Shown here: positions 36,814 to 49,991 of the stretch, one piece after another | Numbering within the stretch: position 1 is the stretch's first letter | Layout: each line of letters starts with the position of its first letter | Assembly (NCBI GenBank): GCA_037447605.1 | Contig: CM074804.1 | Span: 4,627,909 to 4,691,908 of the forward strand | Length of the DNA stretch: 64,000 nucleotides | Source: Zygnema circumcarinatum SAG 698-1b | Taxonomy: Eukaryota > Plantae > Zygnematophyceae | Reading direction: 5' to 3' | Made by a program: the position numbers and the translations under genes | Notes under the pieces: model-generated | What the model saw: only the letters and a program-made list of their open reading frames with translations | Database searches by the model: none | Told to the model about the DNA's origin: nothing

Positions 36814-38154
36814 AACCACTTCCGAGATGTTGTGAGGAGGCGCATGGCATGGTTGGTTCTCTTTCGCAACATGAATGACATTCCTGGTGGGGAAGCAAAA
36901 CATAATCGCTTTGACGACGAAAGTGAGGATTGAGATGTCGGTCGAGTGGGATTTAGATGTCGGAGTCTGACCTTTGTAGCGAACGGAACAGACTCATGCA
37001 TGTGTGCGTGTTCAAGCATCACTGGTGTGCGCAAGATGATGCATCGCAATGCAAGTCACAGTTCGCAGCCTCACATAGGTGTGGCACATGCGCGGTGTTG
37101 AAATAAGTTGTGATGAGGCTGGCTGGTCCTTTCGGGCAACAGCACATTCTGACGAATTCATCAGTTTTAAAAAAGGATACGGTAGCAAAAGAGAAAATGG
37201 CTTAAGGTCACTCTCGAAGGAAATGTTTACTGTAGTTCACAAGGGTCAGTTTTGCGATGTACCGTAAAGCCAGAATGAACGTACACTTTCAATAATCTAG
37301 ATTTTTTAAACTGATTCAATAAATTTGAACATTGTCTCGTTTCAGATGTTCATACGTCCTCTCACACATGCGCATTCCAACTTACCCAAGATTCAAATAA
37401 TGGATCTGCTTGTCCACCGCCCGGTTTACCCGTTAATCATAGAAAAGAATTGGGACACGATCAGTAAAGTTAATTGTTTAGATCTTCAAATCTTCATTTG
37501 GTCTCCAAGGAAAAAAAGCTACCGAAAATGTTTAACCGAAAAACTTTAGTTCAACATGAACTTCATACAGTTCGAGTTGGGATTCTCGCTCCAAATAGCT
37601 TTCAGAGTAGAGATTTCCAAAACAATAAAAATTAAAAAAGTTTTCGTGGCTCGGCTTTATGTCCCTAACACTTTGTGAACGTGCTTTGGTGTTACAAATT
37701 GTTCAAATTGGCTGCGTTAAAAAAAACAAAGAACTGAAAAAAGAACTCAGCAAAAGTTGAAGCTGGGAGAACCCCGACCAAAAGACACTCATACAGAACG
37801 CGTCTCTTCTTCCTCTCTGGACCTGCATACTTTCAGTTCAAACTGTTACATGTGAAATCCCCATTCACGGGCGGTTCGGAAGTCAGTCCGTCTGGAAGGT
37901 TGACCAACCGATCCGAAGGGTCACCTCTTGAACGTCGGATGTGATCTGAATCCCTATTGTTCAAATGGTGAGCAGCAAGTGCAAAGTTGATTACAATGTA
38001 AAAAGGCCCTCGTGTAAGGACTCGAAATAGGTGCTTTCTCTAAATGGGTAGAACTTCTTTACAATAATTAAGGTCCTCTGACGGCAGCCCTCCTACATTC
38101 CCAACAAAAAAAAAAAAATCATATTGCGCCCATGCGGATGCCGAATCGTCAGAC

Positions 38155-40327
38155 TCATGCGGCGTCGTCTCCTTTCTTGTCCTTTGGCTTCAGCCTCTGC
38201 TCCTTCGCCTTGGCGGCATCATCCAGCACCTCGCCGGTCTTCAGCAAGTAGCGCACTTTCGTCCCATCTTCCAACGTCTTGTGCCCCACACGACTCGCCA
38301 CTTTGCTCTGGCGCGAATACAACATCACATTCGAGCTATGGATGGGGGCCTCAAGCTGCACCACGAGTCACAACAAGAAACAGACTTCAGTTTCAACAAC
38401 ATCCTTCCCAGCGTCCCAGTTAATTTTTCTGTATTAAGTAAAACCCATGCATAGGATACAAGAGCCGGAAAAGTACTACTTTACGAGATCCGCCCTCCAG
38501 TGTGTGCTGAAGATTACATGCGTCACTGTGACGTATTCCGGCTACGAACAATGCCTGATGCAGTGGACAAAAACCTTTCTGTTTCAGCTTGAAAAGACTC
38601 CTGAATATCACACACGAGGAAAGCTGCTGACTAAGGAAGTGTGAGCCTCTGCTTGGCATGGGACTAAATCTCTCAAGCTAGAAAGGAGATAGTGCTCAAC
38701 GGCTTCAACTGGCAGTAACAAACACTAGAACATGGAAGTTAAGGTTGGCCGAAGAGGAGGGACCACTCGGTTACCGGTAAGCTCCTAGTCAGCGGAGGAA
38801 ATTGCCAGGTGTATTCGTTGGGATGGAAGATTTCAGGCCTACAAAGAAGTAGTCTGTGCACTAAGTCCATGCCTAGCTAATTTACAAACTTCTTTTGATC
38901 ATATCCATGAAATAAAGAAGGGTGGTGAGAAGTCAGTCTGAACAGAAAGGACCATTACCTGAATTATCTGACCCGATTCACCCTCGGCCCGTTTCTTCAC
39001 ATGCTTCGTCTTAATGTTGACATCTTTGCAAACCACCTTCGAATTGTGAGAAAAAAGCCGTGTGATTTCAGAAACCTTGCCCTTGTCGGCACCTGCAATG
39101 ACCATGATAGTGTCTCCTACTTTCACATGCAGCTTTTGTCGTAGAGGAAGACCATTCGGCTTGACTTTCTTTTTCTCCCATCGCTTGATCTGCAAGTCAG
39201 CAAATTCACAGCATAGAATTGAAATCCTGCTCCAGATGAGCACCACTGTGCATTGAGCAAAAAAAGAATGCCACCACTGCCAGCCACTGCTTTCAGGAAT
39301 TGCATTCGCAGAACAGAACCCTGTGAAAATAATTGATGCAGAGCAGTTCTCTTCTGATGGTACCTTAAGCTGCAAATAATGGATTTGGCATGTGGCCAGA
39401 ACGTGTAGGGTACATCAGTTTTCTGTCTAATGATGATATTTCCATTAAGATTTAAGCCCTCAAAAAGGAGGGCTGCAAGGGTAATGCATCTCGCCAACAT
39501 ATGCACCTTAAACTCTAATCTATCTCGCACAAGGATGGTGCTAATTCTGGATAGACCTACATTACGGGAAACAAGTTCCATAACTAACTCGCAATAAACG
39601 TACAGCCATCAAACTATGGACGAGAATACCGAGGCTCGTCTAAGCGTACCCAATTGCAAAAGATCAAGCAGGGCGGAACTGGATAGAAGGCAAACGAAGG
39701 AAACTTCTATTGTAAGAGTCAACACCGAACACTCGAGAAAAGTTCAAGGAATTGGTGCCTGATTTGGTTGAGTAAAAAGTGTTACACAGGAGAACTCTTC
39801 AATGCTCAATCAATTCACCCAAAAAATCCAGGCTGCGTGGATTGCTAGAATGTGGGCCACGACCTGCGAAAGCAATAACAGAGGTGCCGCTAGAAAGGGA
39901 CCCATGATATGTGCAACAGAAAGAAAGGAAGGTAACGAGTCAATTTGAGGACAATTGTGACTCACCTCCATGGTAATGCTGAGAGGGCCATTCTTGGCAG
40001 ACTGCAAAAAGCCACCCTGACTGTCCTACGTCAGTGCCGATTCTGTATTATTTGCGCATTTAGAGCAAAAATCAAAATCTTCCGGATCGAACTACACCAG
40101 CCTAGTGTATCGATTGCAAAGCGCGGCTTGAGCCGCCCTCAACCGGCAGCAGTGTCTTTCATCTGTCAAAAAGCGGCAGAATTAGGGGTCAAAAAGTCGA
40201 GATGATCGACCTGTCCCTCAACGGAGCGAGCTCGCAGAGAAGCCCCGCCTCCCAGCACGCCGCCTGCGCCATAGCCCCGCACACTGAGGCCCGAAAAGGA
40301 GCTCTGGAGAGCTGCGATGCCCGCCAT
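38155..40327 (-). CDS. RPL24: Plastid 50S ribosomal protein L24 (uL24c), nuclear-encoded with transit peptide; exons 40211-40327, 39966-40001, 38959-39189, 38155-38355
   Basis: Transit peptide [16 protein letters not shown]. Mature part: [43 protein letters not shown]...[10 protein letters not shown]...EGESGQIIQ|[45 protein letters not shown]. It has the KOW motif, and the splice phases are consistent. Confidence 0.95.
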
Positions 40328-40390
40328 GGCTGCCGCGGCCGCGAGGGTTCCGGGCAGCTGCCAACAAAGGAACGAGCAGGCCGCGGCGTC

Positions 40391-40514
40391 CACGTGCCAC
40401 GTGGCCGCCTTTCTTTATCCGCGCGCCGACGGGGGCGGCCGCCTTCTGGCCGATCCACAACCCTAAACCCTAAACCCTGAACCCTGAGACGGAGCCCTGA
40501 ACCTCCGGTGGGCC
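40391..40514 (-). promoter_or_regulatory. Putative RPL24 promoter module: tandem G-boxes, telo-boxes and a site II element
   Basis: CACGTG at 40391-40396, GCCACGTGGC at 40396-40405, AAACCCTA at 40465-40472 within aaccctaaaccctaaaccctgaaccctga, and TGGGCC at 40509-40514. The motifs are seen directly; function is inferred from land-plant ribosomal-protein promoters. Confidence 0.5.
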
Positions 40515-41451
40515 TTTCCTTGGCAACGGCTCTGTTCGCGGCCGTTCCACAGCGCCTGGCACCGCGCACATGGAAACGCACGCGTGCAGGCGACGGGCGC
40601 TGAACTGGCCACGCGTTACTGGAGGACATGTAGCGCCGCAACCCCGGGCGGCATGGCGTGCTCGCCACGTGGCGCATCCTCCACCGTCCGCCGCGGCAAG
40701 CGGACAGACTGTCCGCTTGCCGCGGCCGTACGCGCCGTACTCGTCCACGTCAGCGCGTGGTGCCCCTGGCTGCGGGGCCCGCCATGGCCGACCCCCTCCC
40801 GCGTGGCCGCCTCCCCGCCCCTCCGATCGTACAGGCCACCGCCTGCCTGCCAGGGAGACCGCCGCGATCGGACGGACGATCCCGATTCCCTCGCCTCGCC
40901 TAGCTTTTCTCGCCTCCATCGACGGTGGCGGCGCGCCGGCAGGGGAACTGGACCTGCCGATGTCAGTCAGCTTTTGGCTTCGAGTTCTTGGAGCTTGGAG
41001 TGGATAGGGCTCGCCGCGCGGCCGCCCGGGGGGGGGGCATTTGAACCGCTGCCGAGATGTACGGACACGATCCGCGTGGACTACCGTACTGTGGTCTACC
41101 GTGTGTTGGAGGGGCGCGCATGCATGGCCTTGGGCCCCATGGCGGCGCGGGCATGAGCCCATGGCCGAGCATGCATGTGTGCATGCATGCATGCATGCGC
41201 GGGCAGGCGCCATGGACACATGGGCCAGAGCGCGGCGCGGTTGGCGGTCCACGTGGCGCGCGGGGGGGCCGTAATATCTGTCTATCTGCGGCGGGCGGGC
41301 TGCCATGGACGCGCGGAGCTAACGCAGGACCGGGCCAGCGGCCGCTCGTGCTCTGCCTGCCTGCCCGCCCGCTTGCCCGCCTGCCTGTCTGCCTGCCTGC
41401 CTGCGGGGGAGGGAGAGCGCGGCAGGCCGGGCCGGGGCTTTCTCCTTCCGG

Positions 41452-43482
41452 ATGACGCGGCTGTTGATCATGGGCATCCTCGGCGCTGTTGCGGCTGGCA
41501 CGCTGTTCTCAACTGTGGGTAGGTTTCGGAAGAGGATTACAGCAGGCAAGGGAGACTTGCGGGATAGTGGGAGTAGTGCAGGGGTAGGGGGCGAGCCAGC
41601 GGATGATGGTCAGGATGGCGACGAGGATGGCGGCGTGCATATGCCGTGTTGTCCATCTCTTGGACACATCCGAAGCCTTTCATCTCGAGAGGCAAGCTCT
41701 GGTTCAAGCTCGGCTGTTGCGGCTCTTGAGTCGCTTCCTGCAAAAGATGACGCTGTTCACACGCCTCAAACTCGGCGGCACAGACGCACTCGCAGCAGGT
41801 CCAGCCTTGATGACTCAATGCTGAGACGAGAGATGCTGGAGAAGCCGGGAGGGCTTGTCATGAAGTCTGGGCCAATCTCTACCAAAGATGTGGTTGGCGA
41901 GTCTGGAAAGCTTCTCGTTCATCCCAAGGAGAATGTGAAGGTGAAGCGGAGTGAATCATTCCCTTCCAAAATTTCTGTTCCTCGTGGAGGGGATGTGAAG
42001 AAGGACAGCCAGAATCAGCGGTGCGAAGATGTGAATGCTGCAAAAGGTTCCGTGCCCGCCTCGACATATAAAGAAAGACGGGGACCTTCTCGCAAGGAGG
42101 TTCGCTCCGCTGCAAATCAGGGCAATGTGCTACCTGTAGCACGTGTAATAGCTGTCCCCGTAGCATTGCCAGGGGAAGCAGCCTGGGAAAGTCCTAAGGG
42201 AACACGACGTTCTTTTTTTCGCAAAGATTTGGAAGGAGCGTCTAGAGGACATGTCAAGGCCGGTGGGGGAACATTGCGAGGAGTAAGAGAGCGGAGAGAA
42301 TCAGATGGTGTGTCGGAGAGTGAGAAAGTGGATAGAACACGTCACGAGGCTGTCGTCAGGAAGCGTCAAGACAATGAGGTGGAAGAGAGCGCGGCATGGC
42401 GATTGGCTAGGCCTGATATTGGAGGATTTGAAGACATTTCAGAGGTGGTTGATGAGGGCTGGGAAGTGATGGAAGAGCTGTTGGCACAGGGAAGTTCAAA
42501 TCAGCAGGAGGATGGGGAGGGCAACGTTGAATTTTTTGATGCCAAGGAGGTCTGGGATAATGGAACTGATAGTAGTCATGAAGATGCCTCAGAGAAGGTT
42601 GATGCGGTCGATGCCTCAAAATCAGCAAAGGTGTTGGAAGAAGCTTGGGAACTTTTGCATCATCTGATGGAACTTGAGGAGGCGATTTATGGTAAGGGCA
42701 GCAAGGAGGCAGACGGCGTTGCTCTGTCTTCCGAACAATTTGAAGCGATGTTTGGGAAGAATTCAGACTATGAACGCTCCTTGGACCATAAACATAGAAA
42801 GTGGTTCACCGACTACAGTGAGCTTTGTGAGCTTTCAACGAGATTGCATAGTGATATTGTTAAGCTAGGAGATTCTGACTTCAGAAGTCACCTGCAGTTG
42901 GATCAGTGTGATTTTCAGTCAGGAAACGAATTCGATGGTAACAGGAGTCGGCGTTCTGATGCTTATCTACCAGACCACCATTTTATGGAAACAGGGCTTA
43001 GTCATTTCAAAAGCTTCCGGAACGCGATTCAATCTGATAATGAGGGGGAAGTTTCAGACACTCACCCAGCGAGTCCGGTATGGTCAGATGGAGAGCCGCC
43101 GGTGGATGCAGATCTAGCTGAAGGTCTAGACTTTGAGGCTTTGCGAATAGACATGAGCGAAAGCGATGCTCAAGCTTTAGCGGAGATGTTGGCTTCCGTT
43201 CCACTTGTAACAAGTGCTCCTGAGCTAGACTTTGAACTTCCTGTGGCGAAATCGCGAGTTCGTCGAGAGGGGGTCACAATGGATTTAGATGGCCGGTATG
43301 GGCAAGAAACATACAGAACATGTTGGTTCCGTGGAGACGACGGTGAGAGTTGCGACGATGGATGGGCTAGTGCGAGCCCGAGTAGTTTGGGGTGTTCTGT
43401 AGCTGATGGCATGAACTTGGAGCAAATGATTGAGATGATGGAGGAAGTCATTGCGGAGCGTGATCATGGTGAGGACTTGTGA
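41452..43482 (+). CDS. Intronless 676-aa hypothetical protein: N-terminal signal-anchor, basic Ser-rich region, long acidic C-terminal half
   Basis: 2031-bp uninterrupted ORF, far longer than chance, downstream of a GC-rich promoter-like island. It begins LLIMGILGAVAAGTLFSTVG followed by RFRKR. No family motif was recognised. Confidence 0.7.
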   Translation: MTRLLIMGILGAVAAGTLFSTVGRFRKRITAGKGDLRDSGSSAGVGGEPADDGQDGDEDGGVHMPCCPSLGHIRSLSSREASSGSSSAVAALESLPAKDDAVHTPQTRRHRRTRSRSSLDDSMLRREMLEKPGGLVMKSGPISTKDVVGESGKLLVHPKENVKVKRSESFPSKISVPRGGDVKKDSQNQRCEDVNAAKGSVPASTYKERRGPSRKEVRSAANQGNVLPVARVIAVPVALPGEAAWESPKGTRRSFFRKDLEGASRGHVKAGGGTLRGVRERRESDGVSESEKVDRTRHEAVVRKRQDNEVEESAAWRLARPDIGGFEDISEVVDEGWEVMEELLAQGSSNQQEDGEGNVEFFDAKEVWDNGTDSSHEDASEKVDAVDASKSAKVLEEAWELLHHLMELEEAIYGKGSKEADGVALSSEQFEAMFGKNSDYERSLDHKHRKWFTDYSELCELSTRLHSDIVKLGDSDFRSHLQLDQCDFQSGNEFDGNRSRRSDAYLPDHHFMETGLSHFKSFRNAIQSDNEGEVSDTHPASPVWSDGEPPVDADLAEGLDFEALRIDMSESDAQALAEMLASVPLVTSAPELDFELPVAKSRVRREGVTMDLDGRYGQETYRTCWFRGDDGESCDDGWASASPSSLGCSVADGMNLEQMIEMMEEVIAERDHGEDL

Positions 43483-46073
43483 CTTGCAGTGAAGCAAATG
43501 TGAATGCAACATCTGGAGTGGCGATCAAGCCGACTATTCTGTCGTTTTGCTACCATATCCATGTGACTTTCTTGGAAGATGTCATGTGCTATCTGACTGT
43601 TCTGCGCATCATTTGTGGAAGCTTTGTTATGACGGAACCACAGCTGAACTAGTATTTTCATCGTGCTGGGGGTGGATGAGTTCTAGAGACTGTTTTGCTC
43701 ATGTCGTTGCAAGAAATGCTGGCGTGCTCCTTTGTCTAGTCATCAGCTGTTTCTGATGTCGCTCTTGCTAATAATACCATAACGATTTATCCAGATGGTG
43801 GTAACGAAAATGCTGATGCGCGGCGACGGTGGGAGGCGCCAATAGCTGAGGCGGGATCCTGGCACGCACAGCAACTGTCTCCACGGCAGCCGGCTATAAG
43901 TGTTGCATAACGTGTGTTGGAGCCCTGTGTAGGTCAACGTCGAACCCTAACCGTTCATACTGAGATGTCCTGCATTACAACAACCGTCGTGTTGTCCTTC
44001 CATTCTTCTCAGTTCCTTTCCGGTTGCTTGCACCGGCACTCCGTTAATGCTTGGTGTTTGAAAGATGGATGAAGCTGCTGGTATGACTGAGTTGAATACT
44101 CAAGACGTTTACATACAGTTACGTGTTAAGGCTAAGCTAAACTGCTGTTGTTTATCCAATAAATCCAGTGAAATTCTCAGGCTGAATGCAACTCTTCTCT
44201 GGGATGTGTTGGCGAATGGTGGATTGAGGAACTTGCAGGCAGTAGTTAGAATTGATGGCGTTCTCACGAGCGGCGGCCACTGAAACAAACGTATGCGCAC
44301 TTCAGCTTCCTTGGTGCAGCGCCGAATGTTCTGAAGTCTGGAGTGTATTCGCCAATTTGTGGAGTTTAGTTGTTTTTTAGGTTTGAAAGCATCTTCAGAC
44401 CTTTGATCTAAGAGTTAAACTGACCGTAAGGTCCTGTAAGTACAAGAAACCCCTCTGCGGTCCCTTTGTTGTATAGGTGTTGTAGGATGAGGATGAGGTT
44501 TAGCGTTGTTTTCTTTGTGACAACTAAGAGGATCAATGATGATGATGATCCTTGATGTGCCCGATCAAAGTCTCTTTTCTTATTTGAAACTAATGGTAAG
44601 ACTGGCGATTCAGTCTGTCACGGTAGTCCTCCAGTGTGCCAACTAAAGCAAGTTTAGCGATGTCGTTTTTCGTTGTACTCAATTTTGGCTAGGGGCCTTA
44701 GCAGTATCAGTCGGTGAGTAGAGCTAAATCGGCAGATCGGTCCTCCGGTGTCTCCAGCAGCGAGGCAGCAGCTGGCCGCTTTTCGTCTGCGCCTCCAGGA
44801 TCATGGTTTTGTGCCAGGGCTTGGAGGCTGTGGCGGATTGGTGTTGGGGAACTGCAGCAATGGACCATTACATCCTTCTGTAAAATGTTATGTGCCAAGG
44901 TTGGGCGCCTCAATGAGTTGTGGACGTGGCATGCCATGTGATGATTTTCAGGAGCGAGAGAGAAGGGAGTGAGGTGGCGAGAGGCCATGACTAAGACTAT
45001 CTCATAGGCGTTTTTCGCAATTTCAAAATTGGAATTCGAAATTCATTGAATTTGGCATTCGCTTGGACGAAATTCGGCACTACGGTATGTCCAATGTGCA
45101 GAACAAGCCGTACCTCAAGGCAAAAGTTGTCGTCAGCACGTATTTGTGATATCGGCTAAGCTTTTTTTTTTCGTAGAGTCACCCTGCCAATAATGTCACA
45201 GGCGAGGGAGAGAAGATTCACAAAATGAGGATCGCCAAGGGAGCCAAAATACACCGAGAAGAACTGTGAAGCTAAGAGAGGAGAGGAGAGTGAAGAGACG
45301 AAATACAGGAGCGGAGAGATGGGAGACGAGAGGAAGGGAGAGGAGCAACGAGAGGAGGAACGAAAGGAATAGAAGAGCGGTGGGAGAGAGCGGCTAGGAG
45401 AGGAAGAGAGAAAGACCGGGAATAAAGAGCAGCATATAGCAGTGCCTTGGACCTCTGCCGGAGAGAAGAGTGAAGAAGAGAAAGGAGCTAAGAACATTGA
45501 GGAAAACAGTACAGCGCAGGGACGCTCAGCGCCACTGTGGGAACGCTGAAAGAGAAGGAGAGTCTACCTCGCATTGCGCACAGACAGAAAGCAGACCATG
45601 TTTGTGGTGCTGTTTGGGAGGTTTCAAAGTACAAGCGTGCGATTGGGGGTTTAGTGATAAGTACCCAAGTGCAATGCTTTGTCTTATTATGCTGGTGTTG
45701 TAAGGCACATCAATACACTCACAACGTCAAACCTGAACCTCACAGGCTCCTCTGCTGCCCCTCCCCCTCCTGGCTCTGCTGCTGCAAGCTCGCACAATTA
45801 TTTTCAACAACGCCTATAGGCCTATAGGCCTTGGAACACCCCTAAATCTGACTCGCATGGTAACACGTCTTCCTGTACTTTGGATGGAACCACTGCGCGC
45901 ACCACAAACCAGTTCTATGAGTACACTCACGGCAACGTACGTTTACTGTACAGCCCCTGTCTCTCCCCCCCTCATTCATTGCACGGCGTGACACATCATT
46001 AGTCCCGCCGCCTTCTGCCGGTGCCGGCCGGATCGGCACCCTTGAGGGGCAGGGCAGGGCAGCAGGGCGTCCG

Positions 46074-49000
46074 TCAGGGTTGTCGGGAGCAGTCCTGGGA
46101 GAGCCACCCGACTCGCTGATGGACGTTGTCGTACACGACCAGGTAGCCCCTCAGAGATATGTCTGCACTCAAAGGGAGGCAAATGAAATCACTTCCAAGG
46201 TTCTTACCAACACGAAGAACAGGCCAAAATGTTTTCCGTTAAATCAAAGTACATCGCTGACTAGGAAAGCAGTGGACAGGGAGGGGTGTGCAGTGCTGGT
46301 TCTCACCTCCTATAATGGTGGTGGCTCCGCCTGGAAGAACCACTCCTCCATCTTGCACTCCTAGACACACACTGCCTGCGGTCTGTTGCCCAGCAGAGGG
46401 GAAAAATAGTTCAGGCACAATCGATCACAAACACGACATTTCGCCAAGGATGCAAATCTATATCTGTGATGACTCTATATGGCAGTGTTTGGGAGGGGCG
46501 AAACTACTCGTCGCATTCCCAGCTTTTCCCAGCAAACTCACATTGACCACCAAGTACCCTTCTGGCAACAGCTCCAACGTTGCTGTGCTCCATGGCCAGC
46601 TTCCACTTCCAAACTGCAGCTCCACCGTCTCGAACAGGTGTGCTGCTTCAGCCACAGATCTGCGTTTTGACATTCCCCGCAGGTCCAAAAAATTGCCATA
46701 TCAAGTTCAAAGGAATCGCAAAAAGTCCACGCAAAGCATTCAACTGTTTGCGTGTGACGGCAGACAGCCGTCACCAGCAACTCCTTGAGGTCCCAAGATC
46801 TCAAGGTCTCTCTATTTCACCTTAACATGCGGCAGCCAGTTACGCAGAAACTGACTGCCGCAATGAAAGAACAACATCCCGATGAAGGAGACAAATAAAT
46901 GCGCTCGGCGATATTGAGAACAAGCATAGTACCTAAACTTGGAGCGACCATGCCAACAGTGTGGCAAAGCGGGGTCTGAAGTATCGAGCTGCATTACAGA
47001 GTCACTCAGCTTCGCTATAATCTGAAGGATAAGGCGAAGAAGGGAATAAACGGGTCAGAAAATAGCGTATAACACCCAATTGTAGCATCTTGCAATGGAA
47101 GCATTTATACGAGAAATCGCAGGGACAAAATTGTGCGAGCCGTAATACCGCTGCCAGCAATGCCTCGAAAGCAGGCTTCACGAGATACGTGAACGCTGAG
47201 CCGCTATCAAATATCACTCCTCCGTTTTCTCGTGAAAACACTTTTGATTCGATTGGAAGACGAACTGGACCATGCTTGATACTTTGCAAACCGACAAAAT
47301 AGTATTCCCTGAACAAAAGCATCCAACAAAAGACGTGAATTGCAAAGGTCTGATGTGTCATTATCTGAGTAGCTCAATTCCCCGATCACACACAAGCCTT
47401 CATGAAGATCACGCGATGAATCAATGTGGAGCAGAAGGTTCACAAAACAAGTTGGGGTGGGGGGGGAGGGGGGAGGGTAGAGAGAGATAGAGTGAGAGAA
47501 GGAGATAACGGAAAGTGAGACAGCAACAAAGGAGTAAAATATACATGCAAGAGGGCTCGGGAAGCGGCAAAGCGGAAGACATAACGCAGACAGGCAAGAG
47601 AAAAAGTAAAAGGCGACTGGAAGACCAAAAAATAGAACGAATAATGTAACGGACGAGGTTAGGACAAGTACTGTGAGATCCAAAACTCACGCATCGGGTT
47701 TGCCTAGCATTGGCACCCAGGTCATGCCAGATGGCACCAGCTCACTGCCCAGAAAAAAGTACCCCCCCGCCGCCGCCCCTCCCTTTATGCAGTGGCCAAT
47801 CACGTTGCTGACGAGCCCCCGCGCCGCCAATTGCGAGGGCAGGGACACGGGGGCCGAGCCCAGGCCGAGGATGCCGTCCGTACGGGCCGGAGAGTGGGAC
47901 AGCGCGCCCTCCTGGTCGTACGCGCACCTGCTCTCGCCTCCTCGCCGCCGCGAAAACCACGAGGAAACAGTGCGGGAATCTCCTCCGTCAGTGCTACAGC
48001 TTGATAGCATGCATGATTCAGCAAGGGGGGAATGGCCGCATGCTTTTCTCAGAGATTAAGAAATCATGGCTGACGCAAACAGACAAGTTCGTTGTAGCCG
48101 CAGATTTGTTTGCGAATACCTTGTTCGGATGCTCAGAGAGGAAGTTGGTGAACTGACCCAAATGCGACTTCTGTAGGTAGCAGCCGTCCCTGTGGATGAA
48201 GGAACGCGAAAGTATCTTTCACCAAAACCCCCTGGGAAGAGCTTCCATCGCCGTAGTGGACATCATAGTCACATTGATGATTGCCGTCCTCGGGGGCACA
48301 TCCTTTAATTTGTCCTGTTTGCACCTCGCTACACATAGGATCGCGGCAGTTCACCAGTTGCGCCTTCTGTGGGTTGTACCACGCATGGGGTCCCTACAGA
48401 AATAGACCGGAACACAATAGCCCTGTAAGGTGAGGTTGGCAATAATATTGCAGTTAGCGAGGACATATTCAATGGCAGCAAGGTGGTCAAAATCGTCCAT
48501 CATCCTTGAGTTTCCCTGTCCTGTCCTGTGCTGTCCTGTCCCTTGGTAAGTGGGGTGCAGGCAATGTGATAAGTCGGAAAACCTCAGACAATCACATTAC
48601 GAAAAGACACAACAGTGACTGATGTGTACCTCTGCGCAGCTAACGCATGGCGCATCACATGTAAGCCATGTGTGATCACTTCCAGTGTCAATATCCAAGT
48701 AGTACGTTTTGGGAGGGTCTCCCACTCCTACAGCGACAAAGTATAGGCTGCAAAAAGCACATAAAGAAACATGAGAAAGTGCAATATGGCGATTGCCTAC
48801 CAAAAATGGCACTAAAAAGGCAGAATCCACGCTACTTGGAGGTAAGTGCACCAAAGGAGAATTGTTGAACTTCTCCAACACATTTCGTTCTCCTTCCCCC
48901 TTACGCATTCACGAAAGGGTTCATGCTGCAAATATGCGTCAATCTCTTGCATCCGATAGTTTATGCATTCATTGCCAGAGCATTCACATCACAGAGCATT

Positions 49001-49991
49001 GTGAAGTAAATACGTTTTGCCTGCAACCGTAATATCTAGTTGCAGAAAATCTTCGCAGAACATTCAAAATATCCTAAGCCCAGTCATCAAGTACTTCTCT
49101 AAAGAAAATTCATTGCAGGACGCAGTAAGTATTGCAATGCAAAGAGCGATTTGTTTGGGCTGCCTGGCCGACAGCTTTGAAAGCAAAGACGTTCCTCGGT
49201 GTGTGCATGTCAGCTTCAACAGTTTGCAGATTTCCCTCATAAGAACCAATGAAAATTTAACACAAGCTTGCCAGGAATTTATCTCCTTTCAAAATTGAGA
49301 AGACTTCCAGTAACCGGAAGAAGCAGAGACAGAATAAAAAAGTCACCTTCGTTTGGAATTCTTTATGGACCCTGCTCCACGCCAGCCCTGCCTCTCTAAT
49401 GTGCATTATAAGCTAATATATTGCATGCATTCTTACGAATGGAAGTAGACGTGTGCCTAAGGTGACTCCAAGAATGTGCTAAATGCGTCGTGGGAACGTT
49501 CTGTTGCTAAAAGCTTAATCCCGGCATTCATCCGGTCAACGGTGGCAGACTTACCCGTCAGGAAACACCTTTCCAAAAAGTGGAATACTCTCTCCTTTTC
49601 TGGAGCTCACTTTTCGGTCTCTGATCGTCGGCCTCCCTTGACGGTCTTCAAGGAGTCTCCGCCTCCTCCGAATGTCGTCTCGCTGAAGAAGCTTCCGCAA
49701 CTTCGTACTGCATTGTAAATTTGCTTCAGTTTCGTTCCAAAAGCCCTTCTCTTTCCCTGAAAACTCGGTGCCGTCCTTAGGATTCAACTCATAAACATGA
49801 GGCAGGTCCTGCGACTTATTGCACGGCCTTCGGAACCCTGCTGTTCTAAGGAGAAGGTTGGAAGCGCCTCCCCAGCTCTGAAACAGCACTAAGAAACCAA
49901 GCACTACCCCCCCCACGACAGAGGCGCCGGCCAGCAGCCTGCTGCCCTGCGGCGACTTCATCCAGGCCGTTTTCCGCAGAACCCGATACAT
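46074..49991 (-). CDS. Aspartyl protease, A1 family, APCB1/nucellin-like with an N-terminal TM segment; multi-exon
   Basis: TM segment GASVVGGVVLGFLVLF, then PLFGKVFPDG|LYFVAVGVGDPPKTYYLDIDTGSDHTWLTCDAPCVSC (catalytic DTG), QCDYDVHYGDGSSSQGVLVKD, CAYDQEG...TDGILGLG...VIGHCI, GVIFDSGSAFTYL (second catalytic DSG), PEGYLVV and GNVCLGILDG...IIG|DISLRGYLVVYDNVHQRVGWLSQDC* (TGA at 46074-46076). The start Met (49991) is the best candidate, not proven. Confidence 0.92.

Noticed and set aside
40470-41455. Several 130-280-aa Arg/Pro/Ala-rich ORFs
   Set aside because: These overlap in nearly all frames across a very GC-rich promoter island, as expected by chance.
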